Assembly: GCA_964472655.1 (NCBI GenBank)
Contig: CAYYLQ010000011.1
Span: 11,227-75,226 of the forward strand
Direction of reading: 5' to 3'
Source: an uncultured Nitrospirales bacterium
GTDB taxonomy: Bacteria > Nitrospirota > Nitrospiria > Nitrospirales > NS-4
Length of the DNA stretch: 64,000 nt
Position numbers and translations under genes: made by a program. Shown here in pieces: positions 47,549 to 58,741 of this stretch. The notes below the pieces were generated by a model. It searched no databases, was not told where the DNA came from, and saw only the letters and a program-made list of their open reading frames with translations. Numbering within the stretch: the stretch's first letter is position 1; every line of letters starts with the position of its first letter.

Positions 47549-49021
47549 TCAGTATGCGCGCTTGCGTCGGCTTGCTGGAGGAATGTTCAGCTCCATCCGA
47601 TACTTGGCAACTGTCCGCCTGGCGAGAATGACGTTTTGAGCCGTGAGGCGAGCAACGATCTCCTGGTCCTTCAGAGGCCGCTGGTCGTCCTCTTCATCGA
47701 CCATCTTCCGAATTATTTCGCGAACCGCCACCGAAGACAAGTCGGTCAGACCTTCCTGGGAACGGGGAATGCTCGTATTAAAGAAAAATTTCAGTTCGAA
47801 AATGCCCTGTGAGCAATGGAGATATTTATTGGATGTCACGCGACTGATCGTGGATTCATGCATCGCAACGTCTTCCGCGACATCCCGCAAAACCATCGGC
47901 CGCAAGTATTGGATGCCGTGCTCGAAGAATGGTTCTTGGACCTTCACGATGCTTTCGACAACCCGCACAATCGTTTTGTTGCGCTGTTCAATACTCCGTA
48001 TAAGCCACTGGGCAGATCGAAGTTTTTCATCCAGGAACGCTCTCGTGGCGTCCGATGGGTCCCGCCGACCGGCCAAAAATCTTCGATAGGATGAGCTGAT
48101 CCGGAACCGCGGCATGCCATCATCATTCAGCATCACCACCCAATTCCCATCCGATTTCACAACGTATACATCAGGAATTATTGGATGATTGTCGGCGGTA
48201 AAAAACGGGCGCCCCGGCTTGGGCTCGAGCCCTTCAATAACCTTCGTGGCATGGACCACTGCATCAACAGAGACGCCGAGAGTTTTAGCAATCGCCGGAT
48301 ACCGCTTGCGCTCCAAATCCGCAAGATGGTTCCGGATGATCGCGTCAGCTAGAGATCCACCCAACCCCAATTGTTCGATCTGAGTCAGCAAGCACTCCCG
48401 GAGGTCGCGCGCAGCAACCCCGACGGGGTCAAAAGCCTGAATGACTTTGAGAACGTGCACTGCCTGCGAGAGTGGCACTCCTGATTCGGCCGCCAGTTCT
48501 TCCAGTGGGATGCGTAGATAACCGTCCTCGTCAAGATTGCCGATGATGGCCTTGCTGATTTCCTGCTCACTCTTCTCGAGCGGAGAGAGCGCCAACTGCC
48601 ATAGCAGATGATCCTCAAGCGACGCGGTTTTCGCCGTCGTCTGTTCGAACGAAGGCAGTTCGTCGCGCCCGTTTCGTGGGGTCTCAATATCTCCCCATTT
48701 CCGATCATCGTCAAAATACTCGTCCCAGGAACCTGATAAGTCGTTTCCACCGACCTCTTCCCCTCCCGCCCCCGCCGGAGTGGCGTCCTCCTCTCGGCCT
48801 TCACTTTTTATTGTCTCGGGCGTTTCCTCTGCCGCTTCCGACTCGGCATCTCCGTCTTCGAGTTCAGACCCTGCTTCTTCGAGCATGGGATTTTCTTCCA
48901 TCTGCTGAGTGAGCGCCTCCTGCAATTCCAGGCGCGACAGTTGCAACAGCTTGATCGCCTGCTGTAACTGCGGCGTCATGATGAGCCGTTGCGACAGTCG
49001 TAAGTCGAGTCTTGGCTGCAT
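47549..49021 (-). CDS. rpoN: RNA polymerase sigma-54 factor
   Basis: 490 aa. N-terminal Gln/Leu-rich region I (LRLSQRLIMTPQLQQAIKLLQLS), an acidic region II, and the RpoN box ARRTVAKYR. Confidence 0.95.
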   Translation of the reverse strand: MQPRLDLRLSQRLIMTPQLQQAIKLLQLSRLELQEALTQQMEENPMLEEAGSELEDGDAESEAAEETPETIKSEGREEDATPAGAGGEEVGGNDLSGSWDEYFDDDRKWGDIETPRNGRDELPSFEQTTAKTASLEDHLLWQLALSPLEKSEQEISKAIIGNLDEDGYLRIPLEELAAESGVPLSQAVHVLKVIQAFDPVGVAARDLRECLLTQIEQLGLGGSLADAIIRNHLADLERKRYPAIAKTLGVSVDAVVHATKVIEGLEPKPGRPFFTADNHPIIPDVYVVKSDGNWVVMLNDDGMPRFRISSSYRRFLAGRRDPSDATRAFLDEKLRSAQWLIRSIEQRNKTIVRVVESIVKVQEPFFEHGIQYLRPMVLRDVAEDVAMHESTISRVTSNKYLHCSQGIFELKFFFNTSIPRSQEGLTDLSSVAVREIIRKMVDEEDDQRPLKDQEIVARLTAQNVILARRTVAKYRMELNIPPASRRKRAY

Positions 49022-49035
49022 GGTCTACGTCTCAG

Positions 49036-49797
49036 CTACAGGCGGAATCCCTCTCCCAGATACACCTCGCGTGCTCGACGGCTGTTCACAAGATGCGCGG
49101 GAGGCCCTTCCTCAAGGATCTCACCGTTATTGATGATATACGCGCGGTCCGTAATGGAAAGGGTCTGCTGGACATTATGATCGGTAATCAGAATCCCAAT
49201 GCCTCGCCCTTTCAGTCCTCGGATAATCGCTTGAATGTCACCGACCGCGATGGGATCTATTCCGGCGAACGGCTCGTCTAACATCAGGAAATGAGGCCGC
49301 GTCACCAGAGCCCTGGCGATCTCCACGCGACGACGTTCCCCGCCTGAAAGAGTGAACGCTTTACTTTTTCTCACGTGGTCAAGCCCAAGGTCCCGGATGG
49401 CTGTTTCCATCCGTTCCTCGCGCTGGTCCTTGCGCAAATCCACCAATTCCAAAATCGCAACCAGGTTTTGCTCAACGGTCATGCGACGGAAGACCGACGA
49501 TTCCTGAGGCAAATATCCGATGCCGCGCCGTGCACGTTGATACATCGGCAGGTGCGTGATCCTTTCCATGCCTAGGAATACGTCTCCCCCATCCGGCATC
49601 GTGAGGCCCACCATCACATCGAATGCCGTCGTTTTCCCTGCCCCATTCGGTCCAAGAAGCCCGACAATCTCACCGGACTGTACAGCCAAACTCACATCCT
49701 TGACGACACATCGACCGCGGTAGCTTTTTTGTAGTCCCTTCGACTCAAACGTCAGGGCTTCCTGCCCACCACTCAAGATTCCAGGAAAATCGCTCAC
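49036..49797 (-). CDS. lptB: LPS export ABC transporter ATP-binding protein LptB
   Basis: Walker [10 protein letters not shown], signature LSGGERRR, Walker B LMLDEP. Sits in the lptCAB-rpoN synteny. Confidence 0.95.
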   Translation of the reverse strand: MSDFPGILSGGQEALTFESKGLQKSYRGRCVVKDVSLAVQSGEIVGLLGPNGAGKTTAFDVMVGLTMPDGGDVFLGMERITHLPMYQRARRGIGYLPQESSVFRRMTVEQNLVAILELVDLRKDQREERMETAIRDLGLDHVRKSKAFTLSGGERRRVEIARALVTRPHFLMLDEPFAGIDPIAVGDIQAIIRGLKGRGIGILITDHNVQQTLSITDRAYIINNGEILEEGPPAHLVNSRRAREVYLGEGFRL

Positions 49798-50351
49798 CGC
49801 GGTTTGGATTCCGCATCATTGATGACCACACGACTTCCCTCAACAACGCTCCGGTCTTCTTTTAAAAACATGGTCATCTTCGTGCCCGTCACGTGATAGC
49901 CCTCTTCCCAAGCTTCCGGGTTTTCCGTCAGGACAAGCATATCGTCGCGCTGGTGATAGACTGCCTTTCTCGATTTGGCTTTCTTGGCTCCCTTTTGCAG
50001 CACGACATTGCCGGTCGCATCGATCTGAGAAACCGCCCGATTCCCGAATGTGGGTAGCTCCGTTGTGGTCGCTTGCGTTTGCGCCGCGGCCTTTCCAGAC
50101 TTGGGCGAGGGAGTGGAAGGGGATTCGCCTACGAAATGGACGACCATCTGGTCTGCATACATGACAAAATCGCCTTTTGTCATCACCACTTTACCTTCAA
50201 AGAGTGCCGTATTTTCCTGATTTTTGAACACGAGCGACTGTGCGGTAATGATGATTTCGGGAGGAGCCGGCGATTGCGCAGGCGGGGGCGCCGCCAAGGC
50301 CAACGCGCTACCGACGAGGAGAAAACCGCTAGTGAATCCCCACGCGGACAT
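49794..50351 (-). CDS. lptA: LPS transport periplasmic protein LptA (OstA-like)
   Basis: 185 aa with a signal peptide and an OstA-like beta-jellyroll pattern. Position between lptC and lptB. Confidence 0.75.
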   Translation of the reverse strand: MSAWGFTSGFLLVGSALALAAPPPAQSPAPPEIIITAQSLVFKNQENTALFEGKVVMTKGDFVMYADQMVVHFVGESPSTPSPKSGKAAAQTQATTTELPTFGNRAVSQIDATGNVVLQKGAKKAKSRKAVYHQRDDMLVLTENPEAWEEGYHVTGTKMTMFLKEDRSVVEGSRVVINDAESKPR

Positions 50352-50913
50352 TGCGGCGGACCCTCATTTCTTGTGTGGTGAGAAACGCATCCAGGCCTTG
50401 CCCTGTGATTTCCAACCTGGGGCCCTTGATCGTGACTGGTTCATCTGTCCAAACTCGATGTTTCTGATTATCCCAGGTGAACCGAGTTGTATAAATCGTA
50501 TACCCGCTATTGAGGACCAAGGCAAGATCCCCGATTTTCTTGCTGATGACAAAATCTTTGGACAAAGTGCTGATCGTCCCATCGTCTCCCGTGACTGTCA
50601 TGACAACACCATCAGGACCCATCAGCGTGACCTGCACAGCATCGCTGAGCACGGCTTTGGCATCGGCGTCAAAAACCTGGGCCTGTTTGGCTTGAATTTT
50701 CCAATCAACGAGGCCGTCTCTGCTCTGCACAAATGAAAACCCTTGCACGCCGGCATCCGCCGTTTGCGGGAGCGCTGGTGCAGCAACTTGCGGAATCCGA
50801 TGAGAGGGTCCGCCCACGATAAAAATCAGAAGGGTTGCCAGCACAGCAAAAATGATGCCTAGTAGCCCGACTTTGGCAACATGCTGAAAGGACAACGTGG
50901 ATTTAGCCGTCAT
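50329..50913 (-). CDS. lptC: LPS export system protein LptC
   Basis: Start re-assigned to ATG 50913 (MTAKSTLSFQHVAKVGLLGIIFAVLATLL, a single TM anchor). The call rests on position and size. Confidence 0.6.
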   Translation of the reverse strand: MTAKSTLSFQHVAKVGLLGIIFAVLATLLIFIVGGPSHRIPQVAAPALPQTADAGVQGFSFVQSRDGLVDWKIQAKQAQVFDADAKAVLSDAVQVTLMGPDGVVMTVTGDDGTISTLSKDFVISKKIGDLALVLNSGYTIYTTRFTWDNQKHRVWTDEPVTIKGPRLEITGQGLDAFLTTQEMRVRRNVRVGIH

Positions 50914-50920
50914 ACGGCCG

Positions 50921-50950
50921 ACTATAGCACACCATTTTAATATGAGTAAA
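50921..50950 (-). promoter_or_regulatory. Candidate sigma-70 promoter directly abutting the lptC start
   Basis: Minus strand reads TTTACT (50950-50945), 18 nt, TATAGT (50926-50921), with only 7 nt to ATG 50913. Sequence match only. Confidence 0.3.
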
Positions 50951-51031
50951 GACGGGGCCGCCTGCCTCTTCGGGCCTGTCACCGTCAGAACCGAAGGCGT
51001 GTGGGAGTGAACGAACTCCGCGCTGGCTAGT

Positions 51032-51502
51032 TTACGCGTGAGCAGCCATAGGGGTCTTGGACTGGGGCGATTCGGCCTTGGTCGAGCTGCCGCCCGTGTC
51101 TTTCTGATCGGCGGGCTGCCCCTTCCCAAGGTCTTTCTTATCTGCCGGACGGCCGACCAACTCTATGACGACCATCGGTGCCGCATCCCCCACTCGCCGG
51201 CGAGTCTTGATAAGCCGCGTATACCCGCCTTTCCGTTCCGAGAAGCGTCCTGCAATCTCCTTGAAGAGCTTGGCGACGATGGACTTTGTTCGAATGTACG
51301 CGGCGGCGCGGCGCCTGGCATACAGACTTCCGTTTTTGCCGAGCGTGATCATGCGGTCGGCCAAAACGCGGATCTCTTTGGCTTTGGCGCCGGTGGTCTC
51401 AATCCTTTCATGCTCCAATAGAGACGTCACCAGACTCCGAAATAGTGCCATCCTATGATGTGTATTCCGGCCGAGTTGACGGCCGCTTTTCCGATGTCGC
51501 AT
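51032..51502 (-). CDS. rplQ: 50S ribosomal protein L17 (with a C-terminal tail)
   Basis: Start re-assigned to ATG 51502 ([17 protein letters not shown]). Confidence 0.95.
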   Translation of the reverse strand: MRHRKSGRQLGRNTHHRMALFRSLVTSLLEHERIETTGAKAKEIRVLADRMITLGKNGSLYARRRAAAYIRTKSIVAKLFKEIAGRFSERKGGYTRLIKTRRRVGDAAPMVVIELVGRPADKKDLGKGQPADQKDTGGSSTKAESPQSKTPMAAHA

Positions 51503-51510
51503 ATTCCGAT

Positions 51511-52515
51511 CTACTCCTCTCGCTTCTCCGCCGCCACGGCTTGCGGGAGGTGGTCCATCTTCATGCCCAGGCTCAGTCCCATTTCCGCAAGAATTTCCTT
51601 GATCTCGTTGAGGGATTTCTTGCCGAAGTTCTTGGTCCGCAGCATATCGGATTCGGTCTTCTGAACGAGATCCGCGATCGTTTTGATGTTGGCGTTTTTC
51701 AAGCAATTGGCCGCTCGGACCGACAGCTCCAGCTCATTCACGCTGCGGAGAAGATTCTTGTTTATCTCAGTGATTGTCTCCTGGGCGGCAGGCTGCGTAA
51801 TCGTCTCTTCCATGTCCTTGACGTTGATGAAGATATCCAAGTGCCCGCGGACGATCAATGCTGCGGCCGACAGCGCATCTTCAGGGGAAATGCTCCCATC
51901 GGTCCAGATTTCGAGAATCACCTTGTCATAATCGGTCATACGTCCGACACGGGCGTTCTCCACAAGATAGTTCACGCGAGTGACCGGCGAATAAATAGCG
52001 TCCACGGGAATCACGCCGATCGGCATGCCTTCTTCCTTGTTCCGATCCGCAGGGACATATCCCCGTCCGCGCTTGACAACGATCTCCATATCCAACGTCG
52101 TGCCTTTATCAAGCGTCGCGATATGAAGTTCCGGCGTCAATATCTCGATATCGGCATCGTGCTCGATATCCCCAGCCTTCGCCACTCCGGCACCTTTCTT
52201 TCGAAAATGGACCGTTTTGGGCTTATCGGAATGGAGCTTGAATCGGACCTTCTTGATGTTGAGAATAATATCGGTGACGTCCTCGGTGATGCCTGGAATC
52301 GTGGAAAATTCATGCAGGACGCCTTCGATTTTGACGGAAACGACGGCGGCGCCGGAAAGAGACGACAAGAGTACCCGGCGCAAGGAATTACCAACGGTCA
52401 TGCCGAACCCACGCTCAAAAGGTTCGGCGGTAAACCGCCCGTAGGTCGCCGTCAAGCTTTCCTTGTCGACTTCAACTTTCGTCGGGATCTGAAAATCTCG
52501 CATACCCTTCAACAT
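51511..52515 (-). CDS. rpoA: DNA-directed RNA polymerase subunit alpha
   Basis: 334 aa with N-terminal and C-terminal domains ([15 protein letters not shown]). Confidence 0.95.
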   Translation of the reverse strand: MLKGMRDFQIPTKVEVDKESLTATYGRFTAEPFERGFGMTVGNSLRRVLLSSLSGAAVVSVKIEGVLHEFSTIPGITEDVTDIILNIKKVRFKLHSDKPKTVHFRKKGAGVAKAGDIEHDADIEILTPELHIATLDKGTTLDMEIVVKRGRGYVPADRNKEEGMPIGVIPVDAIYSPVTRVNYLVENARVGRMTDYDKVILEIWTDGSISPEDALSAAALIVRGHLDIFINVKDMEETITQPAAQETITEINKNLLRSVNELELSVRAANCLKNANIKTIADLVQKTESDMLRTKNFGKKSLNEIKEILAEMGLSLGMKMDHLPQAVAAEKREE

Positions 52516-52591
52516 ACTGGCTCCCTTTTCACCGGTTTATAAAAGGAACTGCGCTCCCACGGTACGGTTCCACGCCGGTGTCACGCGCACG

Positions 52592-53218
52592 TTACCTCGA
52601 ATAGAGATCCACCACCAACTGCTCATTGACGGGTAAGGGAATTTCATCCTTGGTCGGAAGCCCCCGCACCGTCGCTTTGAAATTAGCCTTATCCAAATCC
52701 AGCCATGCTGGAATGCCACGTCCCTCCGCAGCATCAAGCGCAGCAATAATCGGCACGACGGTCCGGCTCCGTTCCTTCACCTCAATTACATCGCCTTCCC
52801 GAACCAGGAACGAAGGTCGGTTGACCTTGCGTCCGTTCACACGATAATGGCCATGATTCACAAACAGTCTGGCTTCCTTGCGGGATGCCGCAAATCCGAT
52901 CCGGTACACCACGTTATCCAGACGCCGCTCGAGCATACGGAGCAGATTCTCGCCCGTAATACCCTCTTGCCGCTCGGCCTTGGTGAACGTTCCACGAAAC
53001 TGACGCTCTAGGATGCCGTAAATGCGCTTTAGCTTCTGCTTTTCGCGAAGCTGCGCACTATACTCAGATACGCGCTGACGACCCTGCCCATGCTGCCCGG
53101 GCGGGTACGCGCGACGCTCTACGGCGCATTTTTCGGTCATGCAGCGGGAGCCCTTCAAAAAGAGCTTAACGCCTTCTCGACGGCACAACCGACACACGGG
53201 TCCACGATATTTAGCCAC
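52592..53218 (-). CDS. rpsD: 30S ribosomal protein S4
   Basis: GTG 53218 ([16 protein letters not shown]). Confidence 0.95.
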   Translation of the reverse strand: MAKYRGPVCRLCRREGVKLFLKGSRCMTEKCAVERRAYPPGQHGQGRQRVSEYSAQLREKQKLKRIYGILERQFRGTFTKAERQEGITGENLLRMLERRLDNVVYRIGFAASRKEARLFVNHGHYRVNGRKVNRPSFLVREGDVIEVKERSRTVVPIIAALDAAEGRGIPAWLDLDKANFKATVRGLPTKDEIPLPVNEQLVVDLYSR

Positions 53219-53295
53219 AGTAGTTTCTCCCAACCTCGCTTGCACATGCCGCCGCTTCGCTCGAAAACCGGCGGATCTTCAATGCCATTTTCCCC

Positions 53296-53679
53296 TTACA
53301 CTCTCCGCCGTTTCGGTGGCCGGCATCCGTTATGGGGGATCGGCGTGACATCCCGAATCATGTTGATCCGAAGACCGGCCGACTGAAGCGCACGAATAGC
53401 GGATTCGCGACCTGCGCCGGGCCCCTTGACGTACACATCGATCTGGCGCATCCCGCACTCGATCGCCTTCTTTGCCGCCACTTCCCCCGCTCGAGTAGCC
53501 GCAAACGGCGTGCTTTTCCGGGACCCTTTGAAGCCCTGATTCCCGGCGCTGGCCCACACGACCGTGTTGCCCCCCATATCCGTGATGGTCACGATGGTGT
53601 TATTGAACGAGGCTTGAATGTGCGCGACCCCGCTTTGAACGATTTTCTTTTCTCGCTTCTTTCCTTTTTTCACACCCAT
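53296..53679 (-). CDS. rpsK: 30S ribosomal protein S11
   Basis: 127 aa. [18 protein letters not shown]. Confidence 0.95.
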   Translation of the reverse strand: MGVKKGKKREKKIVQSGVAHIQASFNNTIVTITDMGGNTVVWASAGNQGFKGSRKSTPFAATRAGEVAAKKAIECGMRQIDVYVKGPGAGRESAIRALQSAGLRINMIRDVTPIPHNGCRPPKRRRV

Positions 53680-53692
53680 GCGCTCGACTCCT

Positions 53693-54073
53693 TCACCCGA
53701 CCTTCAATGTCTTCCGCGCTTTGCCCTGGCCCTTGGGCCCTTTCCGGGTTCTTGCATTTGTCTTCGTTCGCTGCCCCCTGACCGGCAGCCCCTTGCGATG
53801 CCTGAGTCCGCGGTACGATCCGATGTCGATGAGCCGTTTGATATTCATCGACACTTCTTTACGAAGGTCCCCTTCTACTTTGTTCTCCCGTTCAATGATT
53901 TCGCGCAGCTTCACGATCTCATCCTCGCGCAGATCTTTCACACGTGTAGCCGGCGCCACGCCGCTTTTAGCAAGAATCTGTCGGGCTAGAGACCTCCCAA
54001 TCCCAAAAATATAGGTCAGGCCGACATGGACCTGCTTATCCCTGGGAAGATCGACGCCGGCGATGCGAGCCAT
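53693..54073 (-). CDS. rpsM: 30S ribosomal protein S13
   Basis: 126 aa. [13 protein letters not shown]. Confidence 0.95.
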   Translation of the reverse strand: MARIAGVDLPRDKQVHVGLTYIFGIGRSLARQILAKSGVAPATRVKDLREDEIVKLREIIERENKVEGDLRKEVSMNIKRLIDIGSYRGLRHRKGLPVRGQRTKTNARTRKGPKGQGKARKTLKVG

Positions 54074-54082
54074 GAGCTTCTC

Positions 54083-54196
54083 CTATCCTTGGCGCTGCTT
54101 ATGTCGAGGGTTCGGACACAGCACCCGCAACACGCCGCGCCGTCGTATAACTTTACACTTCGAGCAGATAAGCTTGACCGATGATTTGACTTTCAT
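54083..54196 (-). CDS. rpmJ: 50S ribosomal protein L36 (Zn-binding C+ form)
   Basis: Not in the ORF track because it is under 60 aa. Hand translation of the minus strand from ATG 54196 gives [37 protein letters not shown], with stop TAG at 54085-54083. Confidence 0.9.
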   Translation of the reverse strand: MKVKSSVKLICSKCKVIRRRGVLRVLCPNPRHKQRQG

Positions 54197-54217
54197 GACT
54201 TTCCCAACGCCCCCCGT

Positions 54218-54436
54218 CTACTTAAAGCGGTACGTGATCCTGCCGCGAGTGAGATCGTAGGGCGACAGCTCCACGGTCACCTTGTCGCCTGGCAGGATTC
54301 TGATAAAATGCATCCGCATCTTTCCTGAAATATGGGCAAGCACTTTATGCCCGTTATCCAATTCGACCCGGAACATGGCGTTGGGAAGCGTTTCGGCGAC
54401 GGTTCCCTGAACCTCGATGACATCTTCTTTCGCCAT
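54218..54436 (-). CDS. infA: Translation initiation factor IF-1
   Basis: Start re-assigned to ATG 54436 ([13 protein letters not shown]). 72 aa. Confidence 0.95.
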   Translation of the reverse strand: MAKEDVIEVQGTVAETLPNAMFRVELDNGHKVLAHISGKMRMHFIRILPGDKVTVELSPYDLTRGRITYRFK

Positions 54437-54456
54437 AGCTCCGACTATTCCGTTTC

Positions 54457-55224
54457 TCACAGCTTGGTCAAAATTCTCGGCCCTGCCTCAGTGACCACAA
54501 TGGTATGTTCAAAGTGAGCCGACAGGCTGCCGTCCCGGGTCACCGCCGTCCACCCATCTGCAAGGTGTGCAGTTTCCGGACGACCCAGATTGACCATGGG
54601 CTCGATAGCCAACGTCATCCCCGGCTTCAAACGGGGCCCTTTCCCCGGCTCGCCGTAGTTTGGCACTTGCGGCTCTTCGTGAAGTTTCCGTCCGATTCCA
54701 TGCCCGACAAATTCCGTCACGACGGAAAAACTGGCTGCTTCTGCATGCGTCTGTACGGCATGAGAAATATCAGAAATGCGATTGCCGACGACAGCTTGAG
54801 CGATCCCCTTGTGCAGGGCTTCCTCCGTCACCTGTAAGAGACGGCGCGCTTGCTCCGTGATGGCGCCAACCGGAACCGTGATCGCCGCATCTCCATAATA
54901 TCCGTCCATGACGACGCCGACATCCAAACCGACGATGTCCCCCTCTTTCAATACGCGACCAGATGGAATCCCGTGAACAACCGCCTCGTTCACCGACACG
55001 CACAGCGTATGACGGTAGACCTGGTCGCGGACCTGATACCCTTTAAACGCCGGCCGTCCACCCCGATCCAAAATGAATTTTTCTGCAAACCCATCGAGCT
55101 CGCCCGTCGTGACTCCCGGCTTGATCTGGTGCCGGAGGGCTTCCAAGACTTCGGCCACAATACGCGAGGCCCGACTCATCTTGTCGATTTCGTCGGGCGA
55201 CTTCAATTCAATGCCGGTCATCAC
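54457..55224 (-). CDS. map: Type I methionine aminopeptidase
   Basis: 255 aa with the metal ligand pattern (DIVGLDVG.., GHGIG, EPM). Confidence 0.95.
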   Translation of the reverse strand: MMTGIELKSPDEIDKMSRASRIVAEVLEALRHQIKPGVTTGELDGFAEKFILDRGGRPAFKGYQVRDQVYRHTLCVSVNEAVVHGIPSGRVLKEGDIVGLDVGVVMDGYYGDAAITVPVGAITEQARRLLQVTEEALHKGIAQAVVGNRISDISHAVQTHAEAASFSVVTEFVGHGIGRKLHEEPQVPNYGEPGKGPRLKPGMTLAIEPMVNLGRPETAHLADGWTAVTRDGSLSAHFEHTIVVTEAGPRILTKL

Positions 55225-55877
55225 GCCCCTGCCAACCCCAGCACCTTGCGTAACCGACGGTAGACTTCGTTAATGTCACCCGTCGAATCCACGCGTCGCA
55301 GCAAGCCCTGTTGCTGATAGTACGCAACCAGAGGACTGGTCTGCTGGTCAAATACCTTGAGCCGGGCCTCTACCGTTTCCGACTTGTCGTCCGCTCGCTG
55401 CACCAGCGCCCCGCCACACTTGTCGCAACGCCCTTCCTTCTTGGGCCGATCGTGTTCGATATGATAGACCGTCTGGCATGACGGGCAACTGCGTCGTCCC
55501 GACAGGCGTTTGATAATTTCGGCATTCGGAACGTCGAAACTGACCACATGATCGAGACCCGGGGTTCCCGTCTCCCGAAACATCCGATCGAGCGCCTCAG
55601 CCTGCGCGACGGTTCTGGGGAAACCATCCAAAATGTACCCGCGGGAACATCCTGGACTCGTCAGTTTTTCCCGCGCAAGCCCGATCACAACATCATCCGG
55701 AACTAGCTTCCCCGACTCCATGAACCCTTTGGCCTGCAGGCCGAGGGGCGTGCCTTGCTTGACGGATTCCCGGAGAATCTCCCCGGTCGAGACTTGGGGA
55801 ATCCGCTCCTGCGCGGCCAAGCGCTGGGCTTGTGTCCCCTTTCCGACTCCGGGCGCACCGAAAAATACCAGCCGCAT
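55221..55877 (-). CDS. adk: Adenylate kinase (Zn-lid form)
   Basis: P-loop GAPGVGKGT. The lid has CPSC..CDKC. Confidence 0.95.
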   Translation of the reverse strand: MRLVFFGAPGVGKGTQAQRLAAQERIPQVSTGEILRESVKQGTPLGLQAKGFMESGKLVPDDVVIGLAREKLTSPGCSRGYILDGFPRTVAQAEALDRMFRETGTPGLDHVVSFDVPNAEIIKRLSGRRSCPSCQTVYHIEHDRPKKEGRCDKCGGALVQRADDKSETVEARLKVFDQQTSPLVAYYQQQGLLRRVDSTGDINEVYRRLRKVLGLAGA

Positions 55878-55881
55878 GGCT

Positions 55882-57195
55882 CTACCCGCTTCGTCCTTTC
55901 AGGCGTCCTTTGGCCAGAAACCCCTCATAATTGCGCATGAGCATATGCGATTCGATTTGCTGCGCGGTATCCAGCCCAACGCCGACGGTGATCAACAGCG
56001 AGGTCCCCCCAAAATAGAACGGAACGCCGAGTTTGTAGATCAAGATCTCGGGAATGATGCAGACGCCCGCGAGATAGAGCGATCCGGCGAACGTGACGCG
56101 ATTGAGTACCCGATAAATATAATCGGATGTGCGTTGGCCCGGCCGAATACCCGGAATAAATCCTCCATATTTTTTCATATTGTCAGAAATGTCCACGGGA
56201 TTCAGTACGACCGCCGTATAGAAATAGCAAAAAAAGACGATCAGGCTGACGTACAGGATCGTATAGGTGACGGACCCGGGGGCCAGCATGGAGCCCACAT
56301 TCTGCACCCAGGGAATCTGGACGAACCCCGCAATCGTAGCCGGAAACGCGATAATGGACGAAGCGAAAATCGGCGGAATCACACCAGCGGTGTTGATCTT
56401 GAGCGGGATATGCGTGCTCTGTCCGCCGAACACACGCCGCCCTACCACACGCTTCGCGTATTGGACCGGAATCTTTCGTCGGCCGGTTTCCAAGAATACG
56501 ATGGCCGCGATCACGCTGACCATTCCCGCAATGAGCGCAATCAGCCAAAATCCCGTCAGTTGCCCGACTTCGAACAATTGGTACGTTTCCACCACCGCAT
56601 GCGGCAGGCGCGCCACGATCCCCGCAAAAATGATCAGGGAGATGCCGTTGCCGATACCGCGTTCGGTGATCTGCTCGCCCAGCCACATGAGGAACGCAGT
56701 GCCGGCCGTCAGAGTCAGCATCGTCATAAGGCGAAATCCCCACCCGGGAGACTGCACGAAGGCCCCACGATTCATATTTTCCAACCCGACGGCAATGCCG
56801 AACGATTGGATCAATCCGATCCCGATCGTTCCGAATCGCGTGTATTGGACAATCTTTTTTCGTCCGCGTTCTCCTTCTTTGGCCAGCTTTGTCAGGTGGG
56901 GAATCACCACCGTCAGCAGCTGGAGAATGATCGACGCGCTGATGTACGGCATGATGCCGAGCGCGAAAATCGTCAGGCGCGAAAGAGCTCCCCCGGAAAA
57001 GATATCGAGAAAGCCGAGCAGCGCGCCGCCTTCCTTCAGCAGAAACTTCCCGAGTTCATCGTTATTGATACCTGGGGTCGGGATGTGCGCCCCGATGCGG
57101 TAGACGGCCAACATCCCCAGCGTAAACAGAATCCGATTACGCAGTTCCGGAATATTAAAAACATTCTTGATGTTGGTGATCAGCCGCTCAAGCAC
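55882..57195 (-). CDS. secY: Preprotein translocase subunit SecY
   Basis: 437 aa, 10-TM SecY pattern, in the spc operon position. Confidence 0.95.
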   Translation of the reverse strand: MLERLITNIKNVFNIPELRNRILFTLGMLAVYRIGAHIPTPGINNDELGKFLLKEGGALLGFLDIFSGGALSRLTIFALGIMPYISASIILQLLTVVIPHLTKLAKEGERGRKKIVQYTRFGTIGIGLIQSFGIAVGLENMNRGAFVQSPGWGFRLMTMLTLTAGTAFLMWLGEQITERGIGNGISLIIFAGIVARLPHAVVETYQLFEVGQLTGFWLIALIAGMVSVIAAIVFLETGRRKIPVQYAKRVVGRRVFGGQSTHIPLKINTAGVIPPIFASSIIAFPATIAGFVQIPWVQNVGSMLAPGSVTYTILYVSLIVFFCYFYTAVVLNPVDISDNMKKYGGFIPGIRPGQRTSDYIYRVLNRVTFAGSLYLAGVCIIPEILIYKLGVPFYFGGTSLLITVGVGLDTAQQIESHMLMRNYEGFLAKGRLKGRSG

Positions 57196-57637
57196 TGCCT
57201 AATACCTCTGCCCTCCCCCCAGCGGCTTGAATCTTTGCAATCGCTGACGCGCTGAATCGGTGCGCCTTGATATAGAGCGGACGGGAAGGCGTCCCTTCAC
57301 CCAACACTTTGATTTGGGACGCGCGGCTCCGCACGAGACCAGCCTGGATCAACGTTTCCGGCGTCACGTCCTGAACGTCTTTGAGCCGGTTCAGGTCCCG
57401 GATATTGACCACCGCCCATTCCTGCTTGAAAATATTCGTAAAGCCGCGCTTCGGCACGCGCCGCTTGAGCGGCATCTGCCCTCCCTCGAACCCAGGCCGT
57501 TTCCCGCCTCCAGACCTGGCCTTGAGGCCTTTATGCCCTCGCGTCGCCGTTTTGCCATGCCCGGAACCGATCCCCCGCCCGATCCGTTTCCGGCGTGTCC
57601 TCGCTCCCCGCGCAGGCTTCAGTTCGTGAAGTTTCAT
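57188..57637 (-). CDS. rplO: 50S ribosomal protein L15
   Basis: [22 protein letters not shown]. Confidence 0.95.
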   Translation of the reverse strand: MKLHELKPARGARTRRKRIGRGIGSGHGKTATRGHKGLKARSGGGKRPGFEGGQMPLKRRVPKRGFTNIFKQEWAVVNIRDLNRLKDVQDVTPETLIQAGLVRSRASQIKVLGEGTPSRPLYIKAHRFSASAIAKIQAAGGRAEVLGSA

Positions 57638-57852
57638 CTGGCCGCTTTCCCGGCTTCCCGAACATCCAGAAGGTACGACAGTTTGTGCACCAATCCCTTC
57701 ACCTGAGGCGTGGCGGGACGAATGACCGTATGCCGGATTCGACGAAGGCCGAGTCCGAGTAAAACGATCCGATGCGCCCTAGGCGTCCCGATCGGGCTCC
57801 GAACCAAAGTGATCGCAAGCTTGCCTGTAGATTTGGCCTGCGCCGCCATCAT
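57634..57852 (-). CDS. rpmD: 50S ribosomal protein L30
   Basis: [12 protein letters not shown]. Position between rpsE and rplO. Confidence 0.9.
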   Translation of the reverse strand: MMAAQAKSTGKLAITLVRSPIGTPRAHRIVLLGLGLRRIRHTVIRPATPQVKGLVHKLSYLLDVREAGKAAR

Positions 57853-58347
57853 TTACCCCGCCTGCTCAACAAAGGACTTGCGAACACGCAGCACTTCCTC
57901 CGGATCGCGCAACTGATTCAGTCCATCAAGAGTCGCCTGCACGACGTTGAATGGGTTGCCCCGCCCTAACGTTTTCGCCACGATGTTGTGGATGCCCGAC
58001 AGCTCAATGACGGCCCGAACCGCCCCCCCGGCGACGATCCCCGTTCCCGCAGACGCCGGCTTGAGCATCACATGCTCGGCGCCGAAGTGCCCGCGAACCT
58101 CGTGTGGAATGGTGCCATTTTTAATCGATACGCGGACGAGTTTTTTCTTGGCATGCTGGACGGCCTTGGAGATGGCCTCGGGCACCTCCGCCGCTTTCCC
58201 CTTGCCGATCCCGACCCAGCCCTGCTCATCCCCCACGACCACCAATGCGGTGAAGTTAAACCGTTTCCCGCCTTTCACCACTTTGGCCACGCGGTTGATA
58301 TAGACGACCTTGTCTTTCAGATTCAGTTCATCTGGATTGACTTTCAC
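57853..58347 (-). CDS. rpsE: 30S ribosomal protein S5
   Basis: 164 aa. VVYINRVAKVVKGGKRF. Confidence 0.95.
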   Translation of the reverse strand: MKVNPDELNLKDKVVYINRVAKVVKGGKRFNFTALVVVGDEQGWVGIGKGKAAEVPEAISKAVQHAKKKLVRVSIKNGTIPHEVRGHFGAEHVMLKPASAGTGIVAGGAVRAVIELSGIHNIVAKTLGRGNPFNVVQATLDGLNQLRDPEEVLRVRKSFVEQAG

Positions 58348-58365
58348 GGTCAGCCTCGCTCCCTT

Positions 58366-58734
58366 CTAAAACTTCAGTCCCTTTTCACGAGAGGCTTCGG
58401 CCAACGCCTTGATGCGCCCATGGAACCGATACCCGCCCCGGTCGAACACCATCGCCTTCAGGTTGGCCTTCAACGCCCGTTCGGCGACCAACCGGCCGAC
58501 GGCCGTGGCGGCGGCCAGGTTTGCTCCCGCCTTCAGCTTGCCTCGGATCTCTTTATCCAAAGTCGACGCGCTTACCAACGTCCTTCCAGTGGTATCATCA
58601 ATTACCTGCGCATAGAGATGCGCGTTGCTCCTGAAGACATTCAGTCGCGGACGATCCGGCGTCCCATAGACGCGGAGCCTGACCCGCTGATGCCGACGTC
58701 CCCGGCTGCGTTCCCGTTTGCTCACATCCAACAT
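58366..58734 (-). CDS. rplR: 50S ribosomal protein L18
   Basis: 122 aa. [18 protein letters not shown]. Confidence 0.95.
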   Translation of the reverse strand: MLDVSKRERSRGRRHQRVRLRVYGTPDRPRLNVFRSNAHLYAQVIDDTTGRTLVSASTLDKEIRGKLKAGANLAAATAVGRLVAERALKANLKAMVFDRGGYRFHGRIKALAEASREKGLKF

Positions 58735-58741
58735 GGTCAGC

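Noticed and set aside
47424-47639. A 71-aa plus-strand ORF in the rpoN-HTH spacer.
   Set aside because: It overlaps the rpoN 3' end in antisense, starts in the AT-rich promoter island, and has no SD or motifs.
41910-51129. The visibly lower GC of the pil / rpoN / lpt region as a sign of a horizontally acquired island.
   Set aside because: The genes are core functions in conserved synteny (pilMNOPQ-aro, lptCAB-rpoN). There are no integrase, tRNA or direct-repeat boundaries. I could not compute GC quantitatively.
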